Position numbers and translations under genes: made by a program. From Mizuhopecten yessoensis (lineage: Eukaryota): a stretch of 64,000 nucleotides of DNA. Under the pieces are notes generated by a model. That model did no database searches and was not told the origin of the DNA. It saw only the letters and a list, made by a program, of their open reading frames with translations. The DNA lies in the NCBI RefSeq assembly GCF_002113885.1, contig NW_018408774.1:148164-212163 (forward strand), given 5' to 3'. Positions within the stretch are counted from its first letter, which is position 1, and every line of letters begins with the position of its first letter. Positions 1 to 13,300 of the stretch are shown here, one piece after another.

Positions 1-1333
1 TCACATATCGTCTCGTTCCAGGAGTGATACACCTAGCACAATCAATTGTAATTTGATCATTCTCAATGTAGTTATCTGGAAAGAGATGAACGTTAGGTCA
101 AGTGCTCTTTGGTAGGTCTGTAATGTACACGAGAAGCATAAGAGGACATAACGCATTCCGCTGATGCTGCGTTCAAAGTATTTCTTTACTCGACTACAAG
201 TTAAACTCGAGTCCAGGTGAGCTGAAGGTCACGTTGACGTGAATTTTCTGTCTAATTCATTAACAAAAATATTGAAATAAAAAGTTTAAATTCGAAGTAG
301 ATGGTTGCAGACCAGATGAATAAAGACAAGAGTCGCTAAATATATTTGTCAGATTATTCTTAAAAATCATATCTTGAAATATGCCATCAACGATCAGTAA
401 AGCTTGCCAGGCTTTGAACAGATAGATCCAGCTGATTAAGAGATAACTTATTCTGGTATTCATCTTCCAACGCTGCTTCACAGAATTAGCTTGTTTTGGA
501 GTCTTTAGATGCGATACTCATCAAATGCTAAACAAAGACCATGAGGATAAGGTCCAGCTTCTATTATTTACCTACGTCCAGTTTGGATGATACGTTTTGA
601 GGACAACACAACGTTTGCCCCACAAGACCTGCCAGACATGAGTACAGGTAGTTTTTCCATAGAGATTGTTGTGTGACGTCACGTACTCATTGGTGGCGCT
701 GACTAGGATATGGTCAGTTATTCTCTTGGTGAAAGGCTAACAGATCTGTAGTAAGGCGCATGATAAAACGTTATTCTCTTACATCTGACAAGTCAGGGGG
801 ATATTGGCAAATGTCCAACCAGCTTGTGATTCAATATGAGGGTAGTAACTGTATATTTGTTTTGCGTGTTAGAAATGAATGTAACTATTACCTGGTATAA
901 TACATTACGTTTTTTATCACAATAATTAAAACAACGGGAAACGTAATCATAACATGACAAAGCGCACGTTTCAAATTGCGATTTAGGTGGTCAGGTTATT
1001 TCTTGGACCAAATGTCTCTAATAAAAATTAATGCAATAAAGTTTTTAAAATATATATAATAATTAATTTATTATATTTTTATACTCCATTGTTCAGTCCT
1101 CTAGTTCAAATTTTATCAAAACACGTGGAAAAAACCGCATATCAAAATACAAGCGTTAAGCTGTTATGTAAGATTGAGATTTTTATACGGTTCTGTCATT
1201 TCCTCGGAAGTAATTCATTATAATATTTGTTTCTCGAAGATTAATTGAAAAAAACCCAGAACGTCATCTTCAAAAGGTATCACCGGTAAGTACCCGTGAT
1301 TGAGATTGGTCTGTTCCTCATTGTAGATAAACC

Positions 1334-4300
1334 ATGGAGTACAACACATTGTCCCACAACCGGGAACCGTCCAATGACAGCGGGCTCCCTAAAAACAGTC
1401 TAAGCAGTGATGCTAGAGAAGAAGACCAAACATATGTGAAAAATGCTTTTCCTGGAAACCCACCTTCGCCCATGCTAGGTTCATACTCTCCTAAATCCGA
1501 ACCTGCTTTAGCACCATCGGAAATGAATTATAATGAGGTAAAATTGGACGTAAACACTTCTCAATACTTTTCCGGTCAGAAAGTGCCCCCTAGGACGGCT
1601 GAACCAAATTATGTCACGCTTCATCCAAAACCTGACAATCCTGTTAATATGGACATTGGCGACGTTATCAAGCAAGCAATTGCAGCAGGTCAGGAAAAGA
1701 ACCCGAATTCTTCAGTTGTTATACACATAGGAAATGTAACAATTAACAACGCCCCTGATCCTACTTATTACGGGCACGTGACCCGACCCCCTCCTGAACC
1801 CTGTCTGCCCCATCAATACCACGACGTAGGACAGCCAGGAGGTAAGTAATTCATTCTCGTGTACAAAACACTGCACCATCTTTATAATATGTTTTTGTTA
1901 ACTTTAGATTTGCTCTCCGTGCGAAAAAGACGGTTGACATGGTAATTAGTTATCATTGGTTAGGTTTCTACAAATACTTTCACATGGTGTTACAGTTATA
2001 GGTGTTAATTTAGGTATGTCGAATTCTCCTAATCAGACAGACCAATGGTAAGACGGAAGGGCGACAGACTGCCAATAAAGCATAATTCTATTTGTAATAG
2101 ATGTCTTCGTTTATCAAATAATAAATGAATAAACAAATAACAGCAGAATCAACACATAATAGTTCTACAAATCGTATAAAACACATAAACACTACAAAAT
2201 TGATTCTACCTGGGAAATTATCCCTAAAAAAATGATGGAATAGCCACCCAGACTGTATTTGTTTACAACAGTATAATGTCGTTCCATAAAACCAACAAAG
2301 TAAACATTTTACTGCATCGTACGACCACTTTTCCCATTGATCTGTTGCCCCATTGCAACATGTTGGATTTGAAATTTTCTCTACTTCCTGGAAACCTTTT
2401 AGTTCCTAGTGCCCTGCTTGACAATACCTCACTTTTGGCTATAAAGTTGTGCATTCTCCCAAGTGGGGTAGGCAATGGGTTCTGTCCCCAGGCCGGGCCA
2501 TACCAAGGGAGGGTAGGCAATGGGTACTGGACCCAGGCCGGGCCATACAAAGGTAGGGAAGGCAATTGGTTGTGGCCACAGGCCGGGCCATACCACGGAA
2601 GGGTAGGCAATGGGTACTGTCCCCAGGCCGGGCCATACCAAGGTAGGGAAGGCAATCGGTTCTGTCCCCAGGCCGGGCCATACCACGGTAGGGTAGGCAA
2701 TGGGTACTGTACTCAGGCCGGGCCAAACCAAGGTAGGGTAGGCAATTGGTTCTGTCCCCAGGCCGGGCCATACTAAGGTAGGGTAGGCAATTGGTTCTGT
2801 CCCCTGGCCCGGCCATACCAAGGCGGGGTAGGCAATGGGTACTGTCCCCAGGCCGGGCCAAACCAAGGTAGGGTAGGCAATTGGTTCTGTCCCAAGGCCG
2901 GGCCATACCAAGGTGGGGTAGGCAAGGGGTACTGTCCCCAGGCCGGGCCATACCAAGGTAGGGTAGCCAATGGGTTCTGTCCCCAGACCGGGCCATACCA
3001 AGGTAGGGTAGGCAATCGGTTCTGTCCCAAGGCCGGGTCATACCACGTTAGGGTAGGCAAGCGGTACTGTACCCAGGCCGGGCCATACCAAGGTAGGGTA
3101 GGCAATTGGTTCTGTCCCCAGGCCGGGCCATACCAAGGTGGGGTAGGCAATGGGTACTGTCCCCAGACCGGGCCATACCAATATCCTTATATATTCCCTG
3201 CTTAACTTTCAGCATTTAGGATTATCGCAACAACTGGTTCACCCGTTGTCAGTATAATGTGACCGGGCAGAATGCTGTTCTTGGTCCGCACTATAAAGTC
3301 AGCATCAGATCCGCGCTATCACTAGGAGGCAAGTACCCCAACATACCCTTCTCCAGCACACATACACACAAACACACATGCACACATGCACGTTTACACA
3401 TCACGCACGGAGTTACGTCCTTAAATAACCTTAACTGTAGACAGGACGTTAAACAAAATAAAAGCAAACCAATTATGACCTTGAATGAGGGTCAGCATGT
3501 GTAGAGATACAGCTTAAGAAGGAATATGACAATACAACATTTGATACCATTACAAACCTTACGATATAGCGTACGGAGGCACGGTAGTTTAGTGGTAGGA
3601 CGCCGGGCTCGTGACCGAAGGGTTGTGGGTTCGAGTCACGGCACGGCACTGTGTTGTATCTTTGAGCAAGATCTTTTAACTTTGTTGAATGCTAGCTGTT
3701 AGCGCCGAAATGGCAGCTCCGGCTGTGTGCTCCCCAGGGATTGGCTGGTTGCAAAGGCCCTATAACCACGGATAATAATTTGTGAACAGCTTTGAGACGA
3801 CCTACAAACTAGGTTGTGATAAAGCGGTATATAAGAACCTCGAAGTATTATTATTATTATTATTTAATATTTGCCTACAGCAGCATTTCATTAGAACAGT
3901 ACCAGGACACTTGGTCCACCAGCAGAGTCAACAATTTTGACTTAAATGAATAATGTAAATATAAAGAAAGAGATGCCTATTTAAAAAACAGTTTCTTGAT
4001 GCGAAAAGTACAGCTTGTCATTGTGATATATATTTGATTATGCTAGTTGAACCAATATCTTGTAATTGATTCCATATAAAGATGATCATCTCCGTCGGAA
4101 AAGTTTATCAACATCAGAAGAAGAAATGTACATTGGTATTCCTGGTAATAGAACACCGGTGGAACACAGCGGGACAGAGCAGCCGTCCTTGATAGTTGAC
4201 GACCATATCGACCCCTATAGAGAAACACAAAACTTCTTAATCCAATCCAGACCCAACTCCACAAGATCACAGGTATGTAATATCCAAAACATGTAACAGG

Positions 4301-7300
4301 AGAGGGAAAATGCACGGCCAGACCGGGGTTCGAACCCGGGACCTTCCGAACTCTAGACGGACGCTCAACCAATTGAGCTATCTGGTCGCCGACGATCGAC
4401 CCAGTCCAGTTTCGCTACATTCCTCCTTCCTTTAATAAAGTCTTCGACCCCGAAGACACTAGACCCTATACTATATGCTGTGGGTATATTTCGTTGGGCG
4501 CCAAATGTAACAGGAGAGGAAAAATGCACGGCCAGACCGGAAAAGATATTTTTCTCATGTTTCCTAATGAAGTTTGTTGATTTTTGCATTGTAAAACATA
4601 GGATCATCGGTGGACTGTATAGCTAATATTGGTGGGTTCCAGCCAACGTCTCTTCTTAAACCGTGTTTATCTTAAATATTATTTGGTTGTTGAAAAAGAA
4701 TTTGGATATTTTTATCAGGATGCACAACAGAACCTTGAAAATGTTTGTGAAACAACCTAAACAGATGGAACAAAACACATCTGGAAGCAGGATAATGTAG
4801 CTATCTAGTCCATTTGGGTGTTGTTTAAATTCAAACTGCTGTATCATTGAGCAGTGAGTTTTGGGCCATTCAAAGAGGTGACTGTAGGGCTAAGACAAAG
4901 TGTTTCTGTGTATATATCAACGACATTTATGATAAAATCCGGAAAATATGAAAGAAAATACAAAAGCTCACTTATCAATTATTCTTTTGGGTTTTAAATT
5001 AAGAAATACAGATTGATTGGTAACATCGGATAGATAAATGTATTTTTTTTTATCGAAACGACGTCAGGCTAAACTGAAATTTCTTCGAGGTATTTCTCCT
5101 TGAACAAACGTTTAAGAGGTAAGGAAACTATCCAAGATTATGCCATATGCGCACAGGAAACATATATTTAGGCTTTAGCTATTCCATTTGAATCTTTGCG
5201 TTACTCATTGAAATGAGTATATCTTGCTATGGATACATAGTTATTGAACTACTGCATGCATATACAATTTGATACACAATCTTTTTTATTGGCGATATTC
5301 CAAGTTGCTTTTCATCGCCGACGACTCTGTTGTAGCACACACAATCCTCCCCTCAGACGGAACAAAGGGATGCAGAGCCCGTCAAACCACATGGTAAGTT
5401 GATATATAAACAATAAACAGCAGTATTAAATTCTTCATGATATCCTCAGGTAAATACATGTATTGATGTATTTGTGTGTGAAGGAAGGGTGTGGGGTAGT
5501 GGGAGTGGATGTGTGCTAAAATGTCTATTTAGCTTGATGCCAGCTGTTTTGTAAAAACTTTGATTTCCGAACAGGATGTTATTGTCTATTTGTCATATTA
5601 CACCTTAATTTGTTTTTCAGTTTTCAGACACAATATTACGTGGGTTAGTTATGGTTCATCTCCGTAAACAACGGCTCCGTAGCCAATCTTTAAAGACATG
5701 AGTACTTCGGTCAGTTGTCCAATCTTTATAGACAACATTACTTCGGACATTTGTCCAATCTTTAAAGACAATATTACTTCGGTCAAATGTCCAAACGTTA
5801 AAAACAATAGTTTCTGGTCAGTTGTCATATCTTAATAGATAATATAACTTCAGTCGGTTGTCCAATCCTTAGAGACAATATTACTTCAGTCAGTTGTCCA
5901 ATCTTTATAGACAATATTTTACTATGAAAAGAGAAGACTTTATTTAAAAAGCAGAATCGGTATCGTGTTGGATATATGCAATTAACTGTCTGATATGTGA
6001 AACTTGTGGCATGACTGGTATAACAAATTATTCCAGTAAAGATATTTTGGACTTCAGCCAACAGGATGTCATTTTGTTTAAATAGTGTGATACTTTATCA
6101 AGATATTTTATTTGTTACGGCATTGAAAACCTCATTTTGAAGGATCATACTTCTGCTGCACATATAAATCTCCTGATTAAAAACTGAGGTATTTCGTAAC
6201 CGACATATATGTTTACATAGTCTATGGTAGACATCTTACCAGACATAGAGGCGGAGGAAATAGTAGAAGTAAGAAAAAAGTACTACCTCAACCAATCAGC
6301 ACACCAAATATCTCAGTCCGTTTTTATATAAAAAAAAAAACACGACACGTTTATCAAGACGTCTTTTACCTATGCATATATTGTCATGAATATCCTCTGT
6401 TCTCGTCAATAGTAACATAACAGCCTCCACACATAAGTACACACACACCCATCCACACACACACACTAACACACCTACCAGTAACATAACAGCATCCACT
6501 TCTCATTATTAACACACAAACTTCCCCCTCTTACTAGTAACATAACAGCCTCCCCTTCTCATTAGTAACACACAAACCTCCTCTCCGTACTAGTAACATA
6601 ACAGCCTCCCCTTCTCTTTATTAACACACAAACTTCCCCCTCTTACTAGTAACATAACAGCATCCCCTTCTCTTTATTAACACACAAACTTCACCTCTTA
6701 CTAGTAACATAACAGCCTCCCCTTCTCATTAGTAACACACAAACCTCCTCCCCGTACTAGTAACATAACAGCCTCCCCTTCTCATTATTAACACACAAAC
6801 CTCCTCTCCGTTCTAGTAACATAACAGCCTCCCCTTTTCATTAGTAACACACAAACCTCCTCTCCCTACCAGTAACATAACAGCCTCCCCTTCTCATTAT
6901 TAACACACAAACCTCCTCTCCGTTCTAGTAACATAACAGCCTCCCCTTTTCATTAGTAACACACAAACCTCCTCTCCGTACTAGTAACATAACAGCCGCC
7001 CCTACTCACTAGTAACACACAAACCTCCTCTCCTTACTATAAACAAAATTGCTAGTTTGAAGTAGAACATTCTTTATTATTCAAATATTATTTAACAGGC
7101 CCGGAGGGAAACCCTACCCAAATGACGATACACCCCCGACATTCCCCAGACGGTGTAAGTATGGTTTACTTAATGTGTAATAAGGGATGTTTTATTTGAT
7201 AGTATGCTAACTGTAAAAGGGAAACGTTTCGTTTTACACATATTTTATCATACCGTGTCTTTGACCTTTTAAGTCAATTTATGATAACATGAAAATAGCC

Positions 7301-10300
7301 ATTCTATGAAATAGGTAAATTACACGAATCCTCATGCTTGATATAATTGGTATACAGTAACGTCGCTTCACTTGCTTTTCTAGTCTCTCGAGAAGTTTGA
7401 TGTCCAGCTGGTCAGGCAGGGTTCGAATCAACGTTGGACATGCGAATTGAAGCCCTCACAAACTTCAAAGTCTCACTCAAGATCACCATCCATCGACACA
7501 TTAGATACCGATGTTACGTACGACAGTCATAGACAAGCACGTGACAGAAATCGTCCTACAGTGCCGTTAACCTTAGAGAGCGCGGGAACCCTCCAACCAA
7601 CAGAACGGTGGCCGAATACAGATCCCAGCTACAAGACGACCTTTAACGAGGATAGGAGGTTGCCTTACTGTGGCGACGACAACACATTGGTGAAGGAGAT
7701 ATCGTCACCGGTGGGGGAGGAACTCTGCAGACATATCGGACAAAGGGTAACATATGTAGAAAACCCTGTCTACATGGCCGACCAACCCTTCAGGTCAACA
7801 AATAACCTGACGTCATCTGTCAACACGCAGAATATGTTAGGTAAGAGAGACCTGGCCGCCAGTTAATACAATATTATATATGTATTCACTAATTCTGGTT
7901 GTGTTTGTAGTTGTGGGTTCGAATCCCTGTGCAACAAACAACTTTTTTCTCTGGTTACTACACAGGTCACAAAACAATAGTATAAGTCTGTATCTCGAGG
8001 CAACCCTTGGAAATGTTAAGGCGTTACCGCGTCAAATATGTATGTTAAGCTAGTATTAAATAGGTTGCAGATAAACCTTCATGCCTACTATGATTATAAT
8101 ATGAGTAGTTGAAAAAAACCATCTGATATATTTCTATTTCGGATTTAATACATCTTGGTTGATCATATATATAGTTTTAAAGGCTCAGGTTGCTTTTAAC
8201 AAAAACAGATATTAAATATTCCGGTTTGTAGTCAAAACAAACTTAGCCTTTATTATTTGTACCAGCCTTATGAATATTATTGTGAATGTATATATTTGTA
8301 TACAGCAAGACACGAGAGACCTCCCCTGATCAAAAGAGTTAATATATTAGGAGAACACGGTTATTAATAGACCACCTCCATTAACACTCTACATCTATCA
8401 AGAAACCGCCTCAATTTAAAGCCTACCTCGTGTAGGAGACCTACTCTATCAAAGTACTCACTGTATTAAGGGACCATCTCTTTAAAAGATTACCTCTGAT
8501 AAGAGACCATGTTTAAAACTGTTTACCGAGTCGGTTTTTAAAAGGTATCTGACATACGTGACCACTTATGAACGCCCTGAAGTTGGCATGTAATGATAAT
8601 TTTGAGTATGCAGTATGTGAGTTATTAATAAAAAGTCATGATTCAATTATGTTTTTCCTGTCTGATATAGGATACAGTGGTGAAATGGTATGTAAAATTG
8701 ACCAAATATCAACAATTTTAACTAATGCCTTTAAATAACATATATATAACATCTACTACTGCACTAGTTGTCAGTCGTATGACTGATCCCTGTTACTTAA
8801 CACAGCTAAGTGGGATCAGTATTCCAAAATTGTTCAGCACATTAATGAATGTGTATATATATGTATACTATCAGGTCCACATAGCGTCTTAAGTCGGATC
8901 AGTATTACAATGATGTGCAGAACATTAATAAATCTCTCTATATATATCACATATATAGTTTTATAAATATTTTATGCATAAACAAAAGACAAGAGTTTTC
9001 TACCGATTTCTCCTCTTTAGACGTTATTCATGTTGACAGGACAACAACAACAACACAGGAAGTCAATACTTCTTTGCTCACCTGATTACTTTTCTCAGAA
9101 AGAGAAGACTTTTTGTGTTGTCCTGTCAACATGAATAAACAATTCCCCTGATGAACTGATGAACCTCTAAAGAGGAGAAATCGCTAGGGAATTCTAAGAA
9201 ACTCTTGTCTTTTTTTTTTTTATATTCAACCATCACAAGGACTTTTTATCTGATTATATATATATATGCATATTTGTATCTGTTGCTAAGTGGCTTTGTT
9301 CTGTACATCCACACATCACTATATCTATGCACACATATTTTAATATTTTATAACTTTTATCAAACAATATTACGAACTGATTATATCATAACATGCCTTC
9401 CTTGAAATATATACGTGTGTCTCTGCGCTAGTCATACCAGGTACATAGTCAGACCATAACTATCTGTCGTGTTGACCTTCCAGTGTCATATCGATGACAG
9501 GCTATTCAATATACATACAGGGAAAACACGCAGATATGTTGTTCACATAATTTTCTTTTGAAGTAAAATGACTATATCATATATATGGCCGTTTAACGGA
9601 CCGTAAAGATTACCTTTCCTCGATACACCTAAAAAGTAAACAGGTGAGCAGATCTTAAATAAAATCCAGTCAGTGATTTGATTTTTCCATGACGTTCAAT
9701 CTAACAGGAAATTTTGGTCTGACTATGTATATCTTAAATAAAATCCAGTCAGTGATTTGATTGTTCCATGACGTTCAATCTAACCGGAAATTTTGGTCTG
9801 ACTATGTATACACCGCAATTTACAATGTTAATCATATAAACGGTCTATCATAATAATGTTGTTCCTATTTAACAACAATTGATTATCACGTTCATATAGT
9901 TCTGGTATAAAGTAAAAATATAAGATGGAGTGATATAGTAACTGTGTCGTTCCTTGATATCAAATCTTTTTTTAGAGTTGAAGCAAAGAGAAATAGAACT
10001 GATCGAGGGAAACCAAAATCATCATCTATCCAAAAATCCCTTGCGTTAACTATTCTTTTATACCGATAATTTTTTTTTTTATTAAAAGCAATGTCAGGAT
10101 TGCCATTTCCAACAAAACATGGAGAGCTTTATCTGCTCTTTCGATATCGTATCCCTTTGCGTTTTTATCTCACGATCGATAGAAATTGGGAGGGGTCAGG
10201 TCAGTACAAAGTCCGCCCACCTCTTATGTGATTGGCTTAGTCATTTCTGCGAAGCTTAAACTGATGAGGTAGTTAGTATGAACACGACTTGAGGGGGATT

Positions 10301-13300
10301 GAATTCCTGGCAACAAAATCAGAATTAAAAACACGGAGATACAGCTTATTAAAATTATAATATTTTCGATTACATATGTAAAGTTTCTTTTAAAACATTT
10401 AGACTAACTAATGAGAGTTGGATCGATATGATTACCTACCGTCTCCAATTTGGGACATTCTTTCCCACAACATGCGCCCGAATTGTCGATCTATTCATAC
10501 ACGAAAAACTCTTGTCAACTAGAGCAACACTTCAGTAGCTTTAACCTCACTATACTAACAACTACATTAATATGACGTCATAAATATGTGTGTGGTCAAA
10601 GGTCAACTAAATGGTGTGACCCGTATTTTAACCAATTAAACGCTCCCAAAGTGTTGCCCAAGTGATTGGGGCATGTGCTCAAGGCTTTAACAAATAGTTA
10701 CTTGCGTTGATTATACTATGGAAATGATAAAATATTATATCTATTGGAAAACAAATACCGTACTACAAAGTTTAAAGCATATGTCACGAAAACTGTTGAT
10801 GCATATCATTAAAAATTGTATATATGAATGCTAGTAACATGAAAGGTACCAAGCCGATAACAAACAAAAAGTATGTCGATTTGACCAAGATAAATCTGTG
10901 TATATTTTTTATTTGTAACTGTGAATTTAACACCTTTAGAATGAGGAAAATTTAAGAGACACCCCTTTTCAACCATTATATTGAATTAAATAAACAAAAA
11001 AAATTAACAAACATCTTTTTTTTTTATTTTTCTCTTTATATTTTTAGTAATACAACTTTCATCAAACCTTAATACATAGATAGACCCAGTGTTTATATTT
11101 ACTTTTTAATCGCGCGGACGTGGTAAGGAACGAAATTGCGAAATTTTCTCCCCGCGAAAATAAAACACGGTACATTGATTTAGTAAAGAGTTAAAACTGT
11201 TTTTGTTTAACAGGAACCGTCCCGGCCAGGCGTACACATGAATACAGGTAAGGATTTACATGGTTTTGATGATTATAATGATATTGCAGATAAATAAAAT
11301 TTGGTAAGGTTGCTATGGTTCGTAATATATAACTTACGTCTGATTTACATGAATTAATAGTTTAAGGATATATTATAGTATCTGCTGTGGTCAATTTGTA
11401 ACATAATCAATGGTTTCATATGCACCTTCCCCTTTGCTGTATTTCTAAGGACGTGTAAGAACACATTTGACATTGATGTTCATTATTTTTGTTTCACTGA
11501 AGGAAGTGCCCGTAAGGTGTAGTAAATGGCTACTTTTGTTGGATGTCGGCATCAATTAGCTAAATTGTATAATAAGTAATTACTGACTGTGTATTTCTAG
11601 TGACTAGTCGGGTTGTTCTGGTAGAAAACATTATGTGAAAGGTATCATGATAGTGGTTTCATAGACCGACACTTCCTACGTCATATTTGCTAATATATGT
11701 ACATTATACACATATAAAAGCCACCAAAATACCACATACTACCGAATAGATGAAAGCATTATTCTCTAAATCATACTTAAATCAGTGAACTTTTCTATTT
11801 TTCTTTTTGTATAGCTCGACTCTTCAAATATTTGGCGTGTACATCGTTACATGTTGGCAAGGATACATTGGAATAGTGTTATCGTAGGAGTATTTCGATT
11901 GTTTATTTTACCGTGTATTCTGTCCCTAGAACAATAAAATGAATCACCTTTGATGTCGAAACAATTTGCGTCCTGTAAGTTTGTGCAGACGTTTATCATA
12001 TATTGTGAGGAAGAAATAAACCAACGCGAGCTTCTAGTACCTAGTTTCATATATAAACATATTAATTTTGCAAATAAATAAAAACTAAGACGAGCACAAC
12101 TGAAAGTTGGTATCGTGTTCCATGTCGCCAGTCGTACGATACCATACATCTGACGCGTACAGCGAAGCTCGTTTAACAGACCTATATATCCTGTAGGCGT
12201 ATTGTTATAAGTGTATGCGTTTTGAACTGTTGCCAATTCTTTTCCTTTTGACTGTCATATCAAAACGACGTGGAACGTATATTTATGTTGTCAACTTTAT
12301 CAAAGCTTCCTTAAGTTATATAAAAGTTTATGGTACACTTATTGAAAAATATCGTATAACAGCTGTGTTGATATGTAAATATCCGTGGAGTAAAGTAGGT
12401 TAGCCTTGAAGTATGCATAACACCGCGTTGTCTTCCGGGTGTGAATAGCGGTATGTCTCTTTTAACGCAAAATTATAAACAATTGGGTTAGTTTAAAATA
12501 CATAATATGAAACAGGAACATATGCGTCGATGATGTCTTGACTAAACTATGAGAATGTGTTTAATATATTAACTTGTTAAAGTGTCCCCTGACATACACC
12601 TCCCCCATATTGTTTCTCGTCCTTCATTTCCCAAGCATAAACGAAGCCGACACCCTTCGTGGAAATTGCCCGGTGTATTTCATGGAACTTGTGCTGTCGT
12701 AGGTTTAAACAAAACCAATGAAAGAGCCTAAAAATCAAATTCGGTCATGTGGAAATGTGAAACCCGCTCCATTTAAAACTACTCAAGCACGGTACCTGTG
12801 CAGTGTTAGATGTTGGGCAATGTTTTGTGTTACTACGCATTACTTATGTACTCAATCATGTTTTTATCTTAACGAATGCAGATTCAGACTTAAAAAAATA
12901 TAAAGTGCTTATGAAATTTTCTTTATAAATATTATTACTTAATAATTTTATTAGTATCCTTTATTAATGCTTCAGTTCAAATGCGTTTTAAATGTTCATT
13001 ATCGGTACAAGGTTAAGGACAAGGGCAAAATCGAAACTCTGAAATCAATAAAATAGCTAATATTACATAGGTTATAATGTTCTAAAATCTCGAGAGAACA
13101 TGTTTTCACATGTCTTCGCTCTTTCGACTTTGTTATTGGACGTTAATTTTAAATTTGTGTACTATAAACTAGCTTAACCAGGAAGTAGGACGGACTGACA
13201 CGGTTATCGGACTATAACTATTATCTATTGATGTTTAAAAGAGGTTTGAGTACCGTGACATACAAAACATTTCAAGGTGGAAATTACAGACGTCAGTTTT

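Noticed and set aside
200-1290. Candidate upstream 5' UTR exons (donor-like sites near 217, 648 and 1286)
   Set aside because: They are non-coding, and boundaries and TSS cannot be fixed from sequence alone.
2263-3150. Overlapping Pro/Gly/Trp-rich ORFs on both strands
   Set aside because: Products of the 45-bp array within an intronic SINE-like element.
4316-4387. Functional tRNA-Ser(AGA) gene
   Set aside because: It lacks the long variable arm of serine tRNAs, has stem mismatches, and lies within an LTR flanked by PPT and PBS.
5621-5643. Possible extra micro-exon (ttttcag...gtgg|gttagt) in the adaptor gene
   Set aside because: Including it shifts the frame of exon 7099-7154 so that it no longer joins the 7384 exon. 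The model is consistent without it.
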